Positions 21,283-30,168 of a DNA stretch of 38,573 nt are shown here, piece by piece; within the stretch, counting starts at the first letter, position 1; each line of letters starts with the position of its first letter. The notes under the pieces were generated by a model. The model made no database searches and was not told the DNA's origin. It saw nothing but the letters and a program-made list of their open reading frames with translations. Position numbers and translations under genes: made by a program. This stretch comes from a virus (Duplodnaviria; Heunggongvirae; Uroviricota; Caudoviricetes), in the IMG/VR virus record IMGVR_UViG_2706794695_000013. One strand, 5' to 3'.

Positions 21283-21776
21283 TACTCCTCCTGCTGTAAT
21301 TCCTCCTCATCATCCGCACCTGCTTCAGTCACCCGCAGGGCTATCTGATCGCGCAGATCATCAATAATGGACTGAACACGGCTCACAGCGGCAGGCTGCA
21401 GACCGCAGTCACGTTCCAGAATATCCGGTAATGTCTCCAGCACCTGCACGACCGCTTTTGCCCAGATGGCAAACTCCCGTCTGACATCACTGGCCGGAAT
21501 GAGTTGTGCCGTTTCCTGTTCGAACTTAAGACGCTCACGTTCAGACTGATACCAGGCTTTGCGCTCATGCGCGTCCATTTCGCCTTCTGCAACCGGCGGT
21601 GGCAATGCCAGAAATGCCGACACAATATCAACCACCCGATAAAGCTTGAGGTTGCTTTCATGCCCCCCTGCAACGGGTAGATTTTGCAGCCTTGCCGCAG
21701 CAGTCTGGCGATGTACACCTGACAGTGCCGCCAGTTGACTGATATTCAGCGTCAGATTTTTTAACTCTCGATCCAT
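21282..21776 (-). CDS. Terminase small subunit (Nu1-like)
   Basis: 164 aa with N-terminal HTH-like segment (LNISQLAALSGVHRQTAAARL) and acidic C-terminus; immediately upstream of A and about 185 nt downstream of the cos-like site. Confidence 0.7.
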   Translation of the reverse strand: MDRELKNLTLNISQLAALSGVHRQTAAARLQNLPVAGGHESNLKLYRVVDIVSAFLALPPPVAEGEMDAHERKAWYQSERERLKFEQETAQLIPASDVRREFAIWAKAVVQVLETLPDILERDCGLQPAAVSRVQSIIDDLRDQIALRVTEAGADDEEELQQEE

Positions 21777-21879
21777 ACCCGCTCCAGAATGTTTTAAACA
21801 TGCATCTCGCGAACAACTTTAGGCAAACGGTGTTAGTGATGAACAAAAAACAATCAAAATCGACACCATAAAAACAAAA

Positions 21880-21907
21880 CCACTGTAATATCAATCTATT
21901 ACAGTGG
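21880..21907. repeat. Perfect 11-bp inverted repeat in the cos region (possible cosB / terminase binding element)
   Basis: ccactgtaata tcaatc tattacagtgg. Confidence 0.4.
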
Positions 21908-21942
21908 TGGTGATGACGAATGAAATTTCAAAAACTAGCCTT

Positions 21943-21970
21943 TTTCCGCGACGCTCCCGCCCCGTGGCAG
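21943..21970 (-). other. cos-like cohesive end site (cosN candidate)
   Basis: Minus strand reads GGGGCGGGAGCGTCGCGG, resembling the lambda left end GGGCGGCGACCTCGCGGG, about 185 nt upstream of the Nu1-like start. Confidence 0.4.
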
Positions 21971-22591
21971 GCCACTCCACCGGGAGGACCCGTCAGCCTG
22001 ACAGACATGACGAACGTCTGATACAGCGCCTTGCATGAATGGCATCGGGATAATCCAGAAAGGAATAGCATCGTGCCCACAAGAATCTGTGTGAGTATCC
22101 TGTTTCTTCCACCCCCGCACAGGACTGGCGAGCATGAGGGACAAACCCGCGAACCATAAACGCGGTAAAAACCCGGTGTGCATCGTTTTTGATTATTCCC
22201 GCACACTCTCGCAGAAGGAGTTCCCCGTCGGGCTACGGTCTCTGTTAATACGGGAATACGGCGACGATACAGCGCATGATGTGTCAGGCTTGAATACCTT
22301 TATCCGTTAAAAGGGATATCAGTTAAGTTATCCCGTGTAGGGTATAAGCCATTATCAAAGCCACTCTGTAGGGAGTGGCTTTTGTAATGGCAATAAAAAG
22401 CCCCGCGAATGCGAGGCTAAATCCAGGTATTTTTAATGACTGGCTCTTATTTCAACGCAGCCCCTTACCGCGCGCCAGATGCTCAACTTCAAGCATCAGC
22501 AATGAGATGTTTAATCTGGATTCACTCCAGAAGTGATCACCACCCTGTCTACAGAGCCAAATGTGAAGGATGATGAGTAAAATTATCGCTA

Positions 22592-23074
22592 TCATCGAAG
22601 GCATTGCGTCCTGATATATTCCTGAAGCGTTCTCAGTGCTGTCTGGTCTCTGATGATTCCGTCCCGGATACCGAGAACGTTTCGTCCAGCAACTGGAGAG
22701 AGTTCGACGGTGGCATCATTGCCCATGCCGGAGGCGCTGGAGGTTTCGGCTGAGGATGGCACAGAGCATTTTCCTTTGACGAGCACCCGACCACCATTAT
22801 CAAGCTTGCGCCGAAGAGCATCATTTTCAGCTTTCGCATCAGCCAACTCCTTCGTGTATTTAGCATCGAGTACATCAGCAGCACGCTGGCGTTGCTGCAT
22901 GTCAGTAATGGTGGCGGTCGCCTGCTTCAGCTCACTGACTTTTTTATCACGCTGTTCTTTGTAGGCGATGGCGTTATCACGGTAATGATTGACCGCCCAC
23001 GACAGGCAGACGATGATGCAGATAACCAGAGCATAAATAATCGCGGCGACTCTGCTCACTGATCTATCCCCCAA
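22592..23074 (-). CDS. Rz: Spanin inner-membrane subunit Rz
   Basis: ...[35 protein letters not shown]...[15 protein letters not shown]... matches lambda Rz. Confidence 0.9.
   Translation of the reverse strand: MGDRSVSRVAAIIYALVICIIVCLSWAVNHYRDNAIAYKEQRDKKVSELKQATATITDMQQRQRAADVLDAKYTKELADAKAENDALRRKLDNGGRVLVKGKCSVPSSAETSSASGMGNDATVELSPVAGRNVLGIRDGIIRDQTALRTLQEYIRTQCLR
22633..22839 (-). CDS. Rz1: Spanin outer-membrane lipoprotein Rz1 (embedded in Rz, +1 frame)
   Basis: [21 protein letters not shown]...[14 protein letters not shown]: lipobox followed by a Pro-rich segment, as in lambda Rz1. Confidence 0.8.
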   Translation of the reverse strand: MRKLKMMLFGASLIMVVGCSSKENALCHPQPKPPAPPAWAMMPPSNSLQLLDETFSVSGTESSETRQH

Positions 23075-23589
23075 CAGGCTAATGCGCTTTCCTGGTCACG
23101 ACGAATAACCTGTCCATAGCAGTTATTTGAACGTATGCGGCAATCGCGCCCACCATCTTTTATCCACCAGCGAATCGCCTCGCATGCACCTTTACGATCA
23201 CCAGCATTCAGCCGCTTATAAAACGTCGACGGAAAACACTTACCGGGGCCAATGTTATAGGGACAAAATGACGCGATACCCGCTTTTTGTGGCTCGGTCA
23301 GTGGTACTTTAATATTGCGCTCCACCCATGCCAGCGCCTTATCACGCTCAATGGCGTTGACCTGGTCGCATTTTTCCTTCGACAGTTTCATACCGGGAAA
23401 AACGGGTTTTCCATCCACCATCGTGGCACCCCGACAGATGGTCCAGATGCCGGACCCATCGCGGTATGCCGTTGTGTGGTTACCTTCTTTTTCATCCAGA
23501 AACTGGTCGAGAATATCAGGCGCGGGCGCACCGACGGCAATCAGTGCCAGAACGGCAGCCGACAGGCCGTATCTGATTTTTGCGTTCAT
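23056..23589 (-). CDS. R: Endolysin, T4-lysozyme-like (GH24) with N-terminal signal-arrest-release (SAR) segment
   Basis: N-terminal Ala/Gly-rich hydrophobic stretch [16 protein letters not shown]; catalytic E-x8-D-x5-T spacing in [16 protein letters not shown]. Confidence 0.85.
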   Translation of the reverse strand: MNAKIRYGLSAAVLALIAVGAPAPDILDQFLDEKEGNHTTAYRDGSGIWTICRGATMVDGKPVFPGMKLSKEKCDQVNAIERDKALAWVERNIKVPLTEPQKAGIASFCPYNIGPGKCFPSTFYKRLNAGDRKGACEAIRWWIKDGGRDCRIRSNNCYGQVIRRDQESALACWGIDQ

Positions 23590-23728
23590 GGATATTTATC
23601 AGGATTTATCGGTTTCTGCCCACGGACAGGTTTATCTGTTCCGGTCAGTGACTTAAGGTTGTGATTCCGGAGGAGTCTTCAGAGAACCAGTAATTCTTCC
23701 TGGTAGCTTTCCTTTGTAGGTTATCCAA

Positions 23729-23739
23729 NNNNNNNNNNN
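23729..23739. other. Assembly gap (11 N) inside the holin gene
   Basis: Run of N. Confidence 0.95.
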
Positions 23740-23811
23740 AAACCAGTACCCGGCACTACCTGCTGAGGTGCCATAGGCGACACCCGTTGTTAACTTATCC
23801 ATGGATTTCAT
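23740..23811 (-). CDS. S: Pinholin (phage 21 S21-type class II holin), N-terminal 24 codons only; remainder lost in N gap
   Basis: [24 protein letters not shown] matches S21/EssD-type holin N-terminus; sequence after the gap does not continue the holin. Confidence 0.7.
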
Positions 23812-23878
23812 AACCCCACCTCGCAGATGCGGGTGCTGTGTAATGGAAATAAAAAGGCCACCTGACGTGGCCACCAGA

Positions 23879-24931
23879 TTATTTCCCCACCAGCTCGTTT
23901 ATCTCTTTCACTGTCTGATTAAACCGCTCTGACTCAAGCTCAACACCTAAGGCCCGACGCCCCAGCGCCATTGCTGCTTTTATTGTGGAACCGGATCCCA
24001 TAAAAAAATCAGCAACCAGATCACCTGGTCGACTACTGGCATTGATTATTTGCCTGAGCATATCCGCCGGTTTCTCACACGGATGTTTCCCCGGGTAGAA
24101 CTGAACGGGTTTATGCATCCAGACATCGGTATAAGGCACGGAGACTGATACGGAGAAATAGCGCCGGAGAGATTTAAACTCATCCAGCAATTCAGAATAT
24201 TTACGATTCAGTGAATCATAAGATGCCACCAGCTGGTGGTGTGGTTGTTCCAGTTGTTGTTCCTGAAACTTCTCTGCCGCTATACGGGAAAACAGTGCCT
24301 GTAACTTCCGATAGTCAGCCTCATTCGGCAACTGCCACTGACTGGCACCAAACCAGTGGGAAACCATATTTTTCTTACCTGTGGCTTCGGCAATTTGTTT
24401 TGCCGTTATACCCAGTTCGGCACGAGCATCCCTGAAATACGATATCAGCGGTGCCATTATGTGCTGTTTGAGTTCCCTTTCTTTTGCCGCATAGCCGTCA
24501 CTTTTGCCGCGATATGGCCCCTGGTAATGTTCAGCAAACAGAACGCGCTCTGTGGCAGGAAAATATGCGCGCAGACTTTCTTTATTACACCCATTCCAAC
24601 GTCCGGACGGCTTCGCCCAGATGATATGGTTAAGCACGTTGAAACGTTCACGCATCATGATCTCAATATCAGATGCCAGGCGATGCCCACAGAACAGGTA
24701 AAGGCTTCCGGCAGGTTTCAACACCCGCCAGAACTGGGCCAGACAGTGGTCCAGCCACTTAAGGTAATCTTCGTCCCCTTTCCACTGATTGTCCCAACCG
24801 TTGGGTTTCACCTTGAAGTAAGGCGGATCGGTAACAATCAGGTCAATGGAATCATCAGGCAGGGACTGAATAAAATGCAGGCAATCAGCGTTGATTAAAT
24901 CAACACTGTTTATTTTTACAGTATTTTTCAT
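23879..24931 (-). CDS. DNA methyltransferase, beta-class N6-adenine/N4-cytosine type (orphan; no cognate nuclease seen)
   Basis: 350 aa; N-terminal DPPY motif (IVTDPPYF) and C-terminal AdoMet-binding FFMGSGST; directly upstream of the holin. Confidence 0.85.
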
Positions 24932-25081
24932 GGATCAGTAAGCGTAACTCTGGTAGGCTCACTCTGCTTTTGCGCTAAAGCAGTGGGCCGTGGTTCGCTT
25001 GTGACCAGTAAGCATGAGCGAATGGCTGGCAGGTGCTACCAACACCCACCAGCCGCCCATTTTCACAGCAGGAAACCGCCA

Positions 25082-25285
25082 TTACTGGCAGCGTCTGAAT
25101 TTATTCCCGTACCCGCCGTTATCCTTCGCCAGACCCGCCAGAACTAACTGAGTCAGTATTAACTGGCACCGGGCTTCGCTTACTCCGGTAGTTCTCGTCA
25201 TCATGCGTGGCGTTACCCACTTGTCAGCAGGTAAGAAATGAAGGACTGCGGCGGCGGTTTCTGTCATATCTTGCTGTTTTAGCAT
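25082..25285 (-). CDS. Hypothetical small protein (67 aa from ATG 25285)
   Basis: ORF between the methylase and the duplicated terminator; GAAGGG-type SD before the internal ATG; no recognisable family. Confidence 0.3.
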   Translation of the reverse strand: MLKQQDMTETAAAVLHFLPADKWVTPRMMTRTTGVSEARCQLILTQLVLAGLAKDNGGYGNKFRRCQ

Positions 25286-25406
25286 GTCTTTTTCCCTTCT
25301 GGTTAACATGACATACCAATAACTCTTGTCTAAAAAGCCAGCAAGATAAAAAGTCAGTATTCACGACCACCAGCGTGTTTACTGTACTGCACCAAGTTTA
25401 CGGGTA

Positions 25407-25431
25407 CAAAAAACCCGCTCAGTGGCGGGTT
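25407..25431 (-). terminator. Terminator-like hairpin, copy 1 of a duplicated element
   Basis: aaaaaacccgc tcagtg gcgggtt; near-identical to the copy at 26085-26111. Confidence 0.5.
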
Positions 25432-25508
25432 GCTATCACAGCTATATATTTACTTATTATGCCGTTACTAACATTTATCTTCGACATATAATCGAAAACA
25501 AGGTTTGC

Positions 25509-25934
25509 TTAAAACTCTGCTTTCATTTTATCCGGGAATTTTTTATTTGCAGCATAATAACTACCAAGTACATAAGCGTTCATTTGCTGCTCTACATCAA
25601 CCCGACATGCCGCACTAGAACAAGCTCCACTGATAAGCCCAAAAGAACTCCCTTTAGCAGAGAGATCAGCTTTGATTTCCTCTACAGTGTTTTTCCCCAT
25701 AGCAACTACACACCCTGTCACAATATATCTAGCTTTCACATCATCCATGCTAAGGATAGTAGTTTTCGCAATTTTGCTGTATCCATCATTTTTATAAACA
25801 TCCATGGCAAACGCACGGCAATCTGTATAATACGGACTTGCTTTAACTTGCGAATACTCAGGTAATTTCATACCTGCACAACCAACTAAACAAAAACCTA
25901 TCGCTGCTATTAATACCTTTTTCATTACAGTCAT
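25509..25934 (-). CDS. Lipoprotein of unknown function (AT-rich moron)
   Basis: Signal peptide with lipobox (MKKVLIAAIGFCLVGC); local GC content clearly below the flanking phage genes. Confidence 0.7.
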   Translation of the reverse strand: MTVMKKVLIAAIGFCLVGCAGMKLPEYSQVKASPYYTDCRAFAMDVYKNDGYSKIAKTTILSMDDVKARYIVTGCVVAMGKNTVEEIKADLSAKGSSFGLISGACSSAACRVDVEQQMNAYVLGSYYAANKKFPDKMKAEF

Positions 25935-26084
25935 AACCTAGAAGCATCATTGAAACTAATTTATTAAATAACCATCGAGTTTCTGGAATACAGACGTTAA
26001 CCATCTCTCCAAAATCTAAAAGATAATAAGAAAAAATGTTTAACGCACCAATCCATTTCATAGTTTCATGAGACATCAGGCACA

Positions 26085-26111
26085 AAAAACCCGCTCAGCG
26101 GCGGGTTTTTG
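26085..26111 (-). terminator. Bidirectional rho-independent terminator, candidate tR-prime downstream of Q
   Basis: aaaaaacccgc tcagcg gcgggttttt: GC stem flanked by A-run and T-run. Confidence 0.6.
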
Positions 26112-26153
26112 ACATTTACCAACGGTAGACATACAAGGCCCATCGTTGAGAAA

Positions 26154-26182
26154 ATCTTATCCATATTTTTTGAAAAATGCAA
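26154..26182 (-). promoter_or_regulatory. Candidate late promoter (PR-prime-like) between Q and the terminator
   Basis: On the minus strand TTGCAT, 17-nt spacer, TAAGAT; position is as expected for a lambdoid late promoter/qut region. Confidence 0.25.
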
Positions 26183-26213
26183 GTATCACGTCGACATCTT
26201 CGGCGAAAATTAT

Positions 26214-26966
26214 CTATCTTGTCACTTTTCTCAATTGCGATTCAGCATACGCTTCTTCCTGCCAGCACTTTGTAACCAGTTTATTAATAACGTCTGCATA
26301 TCCTTTGTACCACTGATAATCCGTCAGGTCCGGTACCAGTTTCTGGACATGATGCCGCGCCAGTGTGGTTGGTAAACGGCTAAACCGGTTGCCATTGCAA
26401 CGCCCACAAATCTTATAAACAGGCACACCATGAAGCCGGGTTCTTTTTTCATCCAGGACAATACCTTTACCCTTACACCCTCTGCACGCTGTGCTGACTT
26501 CTCCCTTACCATGGCAATGCTGACATAGTTCCTTCACCCACTCTTCCTTGATAACAGATTCCCCGCTTCTGGAGTGTTTCACCACTTCGCGCAATACATT
26601 ATGAAATCCAGTACCAGCACAATGCTCACAGCGAGCCTTACTTGCCGCAGACCTGGAATAATCAGCAAAGGCAAAATTCACAAGGTAAGGGATGATCTGT
26701 AACCGGGTTTCTTCACTCAATTTGTTCAATGTCGGGTTATCCAGTGCCATCGCGTAATTGAGCAGACCTTCAATCGCAAATTGAGGATCCTGAACACCAA
26801 CTTTTGCCAGGAATAAGGCAAACCCAAGCGGTGCTTTCGACTGCACCATCCCCTGCGCAGCCATCACATCCGTAATCGTTAAACCACCTGAGCCTGTCGC
26901 CGGTGCGTCATCGCTCAATTTTGGAGATTTTGGGGAGTAATATTTTGGTAAGGCTTCAAGGTTCAT
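26214..26966 (-). CDS. Late-gene antiterminator Q-like protein with DnaJ-type Cys-rich zinc finger
   Basis: From ATG 26966 (GGAG SD): MNLEALPKYYSPKSPK...; four CxxCxGxG-type repeats (CEHCAGTG, CQHCHGKG, CRGCKGKG, CGRCNGNR); last gene of the nin-type region before the late promoter and lysis genes. Confidence 0.55.
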   Translation of the reverse strand: MNLEALPKYYSPKSPKLSDDAPATGSGGLTITDVMAAQGMVQSKAPLGFALFLAKVGVQDPQFAIEGLLNYAMALDNPTLNKLSEETRLQIIPYLVNFAFADYSRSAASKARCEHCAGTGFHNVLREVVKHSRSGESVIKEEWVKELCQHCHGKGEVSTACRGCKGKGIVLDEKRTRLHGVPVYKICGRCNGNRFSRLPTTLARHHVQKLVPDLTDYQWYKGYADVINKLVTKCWQEEAYAESQLRKVTR

Positions 26967-26979
26967 GCTCGTTCTCCAC

Positions 26980-27975
26980 TTACGCCAATACGCCAATTGC
27001 CAGCGCACGATCGATAAAACGAAATATCAGCTCCAGCTGGGAGCCATACTTCTCTTCAAATGCCACGGTATCCGCATGCAGCTCGTCGTGATGCTTTCTG
27101 CACAAAGGCAACACAAAGAGGTCATGCGCTTTTGTACCCATTCCACCCTGACCGTGGCCTATCAGGTGGTGGGGATCATCAGCAGGCTTTCCACAACATG
27201 CACACGGCTGTGTCTTAACCCAGCGCGTGTACTTTTCATTAACCCAGCGGCGGCGTTTTGGGCGTAACATAAAAGACTCCGGCGACTCCGGATCCACTTT
27301 CAGCGCCAGCACCTTTTTTGCCTTATCCTGGATGATGCTGGTGGCAGGAACCGAAGGCACAAGGTCACTTTCCCGGGTGACAGACGGCACAACAGGCTTT
27401 GGTAATCTCAGTGCCTTACGGGCTGCACTTTCCGGTAAGGCATCCGCCAGGTCATTACGAATCAGCCACCAGCACAGTTCCGGCATTGTCACAACGTGAC
27501 TATCATCAAAACCGAGATCCCGACGCACAACAGACAACACCCAGCGGGCACAGTTATCCGTTGCCATTGATTCCAGCCGTTCCGTGAACTGATCGCGCAG
27601 CTGGTTATCGCAGTGCCAGCACAGACGGATTGCGCCCGGAGCGTGTCGCATTGTGGTCATGTTCTCGCTGTGCCAGTCGGAATGAGGCCACTGGCAGCCT
27701 TTTTCACGAAGTAACCAGCTTTCAAGACATTCCACGCCACCAGCACGACGGATCACTGCCTCATTGCGGAACACGGCCCGAACGGCAGGATCATCCGCCA
27801 GCGGTTGTGATGCCGCCGGAACGGCACCACTGGCGAAAGATGAATAACGTTCCGGCTCAGGCTCCAGCAGAACACGCCCCTGCATAAACAGGGGCATCAG
27901 CTCTGAACCTGGCCTGAACAATACGATCCCCATACGCGGGGCAATTTCAGGGGTCAGTAGTGCTCTCACGGTCAC
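26980..27975 (-). CDS. DUF968-type nin-region protein with C-terminal HNH-like Cys/His motif
   Basis: 331 aa; C-terminus PCACCGKPADDPHHLIGHG...CRKHHDELH. Confidence 0.55.
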   Translation of the reverse strand: MTVRALLTPEIAPRMGIVLFRPGSELMPLFMQGRVLLEPEPERYSSFASGAVPAASQPLADDPAVRAVFRNEAVIRRAGGVECLESWLLREKGCQWPHSDWHSENMTTMRHAPGAIRLCWHCDNQLRDQFTERLESMATDNCARWVLSVVRRDLGFDDSHVVTMPELCWWLIRNDLADALPESAARKALRLPKPVVPSVTRESDLVPSVPATSIIQDKAKKVLALKVDPESPESFMLRPKRRRWVNEKYTRWVKTQPCACCGKPADDPHHLIGHGQGGMGTKAHDLFVLPLCRKHHDELHADTVAFEEKYGSQLELIFRFIDRALAIGVLA

Positions 27976-27976
27976 C

Positions 27977-28786
27977 TCAATGAACGGTATCGAGCAGCTT
28001 TAACAGCTCAGGGAATCGGGATTCGAAGAAATGCGGCTGCGTCTCGCGCGGATTTGCAGGACTGGTGATGTTCTTGCCGAACATGCAGCCTTTCGCCGTC
28101 AGCGACCAGAATTTTTTGATGTTGTTAATCGCGGTACGGCTGTATCGTTCGCGTTGTTCAACGATCCCCAGCTTCACCATCTGGTGATATGCCTGATTAG
28201 CCGTCAGGCGGATACCATACTGCTTCAGCAGTGCACTCAGCGACAGCGTGGGGCGACTTGAGCCATCAGGCGCGTCAGCAGGAGCATCAATGGCATAGCG
28301 CGGTGCCAGATTCGGTAAGCCAACAGCCTCCTGAAGCTTCTGACAGGCTCCAAGCACTGATGAGTTAGACAGATTTAATTCCCGGCGCATAAAGTCCAGC
28401 AGGATCACGCCAGCCTGCATCTTGTCAGCAGCCTGTCCGGATAATTTTTCCGGTGCGCTGGTTACCATGTCGAAAGTACGGATCACCTTCAGATGGAATG
28501 ACGGGCTGATCCACATTGCATAGGCATACACCAGTTCTTTGCAGACATACGTCCCCTGGTTATTTCCGCCATTAATGACGCTAACTGGTTGATTTTGTTC
28601 CAGAGGCGGAATTCCACCCTCGGTGAAAAGTTGTTCAATCAATTCACAGGTTTGCTTATTGGAGAGCCAGTATTTCGGGCGGTTTTTTTGTTCTCCCCCG
28701 GCTGCCCTGTGCAGATCGTTCAGGCTGTAACGCCCATAAGCATCACGACGAACTTCAATACCATCAATGACCATCAGATTATTCAT
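27977..28786 (-). CDS. KilA-N domain protein (antirepressor-like)
   Basis: From ATG 28786 (AGGAG SD): MNNLMVIDGIEVRRDAYGRYSLNDLHRAAGGE... typical KilA-N N-terminus. Confidence 0.65.
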   Translation of the reverse strand: MNNLMVIDGIEVRRDAYGRYSLNDLHRAAGGEQKNRPKYWLSNKQTCELIEQLFTEGGIPPLEQNQPVSVINGGNNQGTYVCKELVYAYAMWISPSFHLKVIRTFDMVTSAPEKLSGQAADKMQAGVILLDFMRRELNLSNSSVLGACQKLQEAVGLPNLAPRYAIDAPADAPDGSSRPTLSLSALLKQYGIRLTANQAYHQMVKLGIVEQRERYSRTAINNIKKFWSLTAKGCMFGKNITSPANPRETQPHFFESRFPELLKLLDTVH

Positions 28787-28805
28787 ACTTCGTTTCTCCT
28801 CTTGA

Positions 28806-29195
28806 TCAGGCGGCTGCACCCGCCGGTTTCTCATACTTACTGATAGTGATCTCGACCTTCCCTTTCTGGATAACCGGTCCCCACTCCACCAGCATTCTTT
28901 TCACCTGGCTGTCGTCTTCCCACACCCCCGCGTGGGTCAGGGCGTCAAACAGCGCCTTGTTATAGTTGTCCAGATCGCGGATCCGGTTATCCGGAGGAAA
29001 CAACACGATCTCCACTGAAGCAGGTGCCGACGTTGGTTTTGGCAGACGACGTAACTGCTCAACTATTGCTGCGCACGCCGCGCTCTGAAATTTTCGCCCC
29101 GCCGCGCTTATCAGGCTCTTACCAGCAAATGCCCCTTTGTTGGGGTGTCGCCAGTACGTGTTCACGCTGGGCGGGAAAGGCAGGATCAGCTTCAT
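28806..29195 (-). CDS. rusA: Holliday junction resolvase RusA
   Basis: 129 aa; ...PPSVNTYWRH...DLDNYNKALFDALTHAGVWEDDSQV... matches the RusA family. Confidence 0.85.
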   Translation of the reverse strand: MKLILPFPPSVNTYWRHPNKGAFAGKSLISAAGRKFQSAACAAIVEQLRRLPKPTSAPASVEIVLFPPDNRIRDLDNYNKALFDALTHAGVWEDDSQVKRMLVEWGPVIQKGKVEITISKYEKPAGAAA

Positions 29196-29518
29196 ACTTT
29201 CAGGCCTCTCTCATGTAACCAGTGGGTTGCACGCAGCCTGGCGTTTTCCTCACCGGCAAGCAGTGAGCGGATAATCCCGACCGCCTCGCTGTCGTCGTCC
29301 TTCACCGCGGTATGAAGAGTGATACCCCGGGCCATGCCACGCTTTATCGTGATGACGCCTTTTTTCTCCAGTGCGCGAAGATGTTCCACCGCTGCATTCA
29401 CTGAACGGTATCCCAGCATGGTTGCCACCTCCTGATTGGTTGGCGGGAAGCCACGTTCTTTCTGGTAAGAAATCAGCATATCCAGCACCTGCTGCTGGCA
29501 TTGAGTTAACGTCGTCAT
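29192..29518 (-). CDS. LexA-type winged-helix DNA-binding protein (DNA-binding domain only)
   Basis: 108 aa; LTQCQQQVLDMLISYQKERGFPPTNQEVATMLGYRSVNAAVEHLRALEKKGVI resembles the LexA N-terminal domain. Confidence 0.55.
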   Translation of the reverse strand: MTTLTQCQQQVLDMLISYQKERGFPPTNQEVATMLGYRSVNAAVEHLRALEKKGVITIKRGMARGITLHTAVKDDDSEAVGIIRSLLAGEENARLRATHWLHERGLKV

Positions 29519-30168
29519 GCCGCCATCTCCCTGACCAGTTTTTCCGCCTGCTGGCGAACCTGCGCCAGAAACGCCTCACCACATGCCTCAAGTTCATCGC
29601 GCCCGATGTAGCTGATTGCCGGTCCCTTCCAGGTCTTGTCGAAAACAGCAATAGCACCAGCGAAGAAAGCGCCTGTCGGCACCTGCTTCTCGTCCTTCGG
29701 GATAAACCAGGCAGGCAGTTCAAAACCAATACGCCCGCGAATAAAAGCAATATGATCTGCATCTTCCGGCCACCACACTTCGCTGGTGGCAGCTTTGATC
29801 AGGAAAACATAGCGTCCGCCCTTATCACGCATGGCACTGGCATGTTTCATGATGTAACGCATGCCGGTGATGTATTGCCCTTCATGCTGACTGGCGCGGC
29901 TGTACGGGGGATTACCAAAGGCAGCACCTTTAAGCTCCGCAAGACGTTCAGACCAGTCATGCGCCAGCGCGTTGTCTTCCGCAGTGTAATAAGCGGCACA
30001 TTTGGCGTTATCACCATCAGTGAACAGATCCAGAACAAACGGGCCAAACAGGGTGTTAATTCCCCAGAAAATGTTATCCGGCGTGCGCCACTGATCGCCC
30101 ACTTCCTTCAGTTCATGGGCTGGTTTGTTCCGCAGCTCCACCAGCGCCTGGCAATATTTATTACTCAT
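29515..30168 (-). CDS. Phage Dam-type N6-adenine DNA methyltransferase
   Basis: From ATG 30168: MSNKYCQALVEL...; catalytic NPPY motif (AFGNPPYSRA). Confidence 0.8.
   Translation of the reverse strand: MSNKYCQALVELRNKPAHELKEVGDQWRTPDNIFWGINTLFGPFVLDLFTDGDNAKCAAYYTAEDNALAHDWSERLAELKGAAFGNPPYSRASQHEGQYITGMRYIMKHASAMRDKGGRYVFLIKAATSEVWWPEDADHIAFIRGRIGFELPAWFIPKDEKQVPTGAFFAGAIAVFDKTWKGPAISYIGRDELEACGEAFLAQVRQQAEKLVREMAA

Noticed and set aside
21928-22206. 92-aa and 82-aa minus-strand ORFs spanning the cos region
   Set aside because: They cross the cos-like site and GC-rich intergenic DNA, have no SD and no recognisable family; probably non-coding.
1445-23739. The three N runs as candidate biological features
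   Set aside because: They are scaffold gaps; each interrupts a gene whose flanks match a known protein (stf, L, holin).
25858-26085. 75-aa ORF overlapping the lipoprotein start
   Set aside because: It overlaps the lipoprotein signal-peptide codons in another frame and extends into the terminator; more likely promoter/leader sequence than a gene.
24932-26213. Possible stx (Shiga toxin) or tRNA cargo downstream of Q
   Set aside because: The Q-to-lysis interval contains only the lipoprotein moron, a small ORF and a methylase; no StxA/StxB-like ORFs or tRNA-like sequences were seen.
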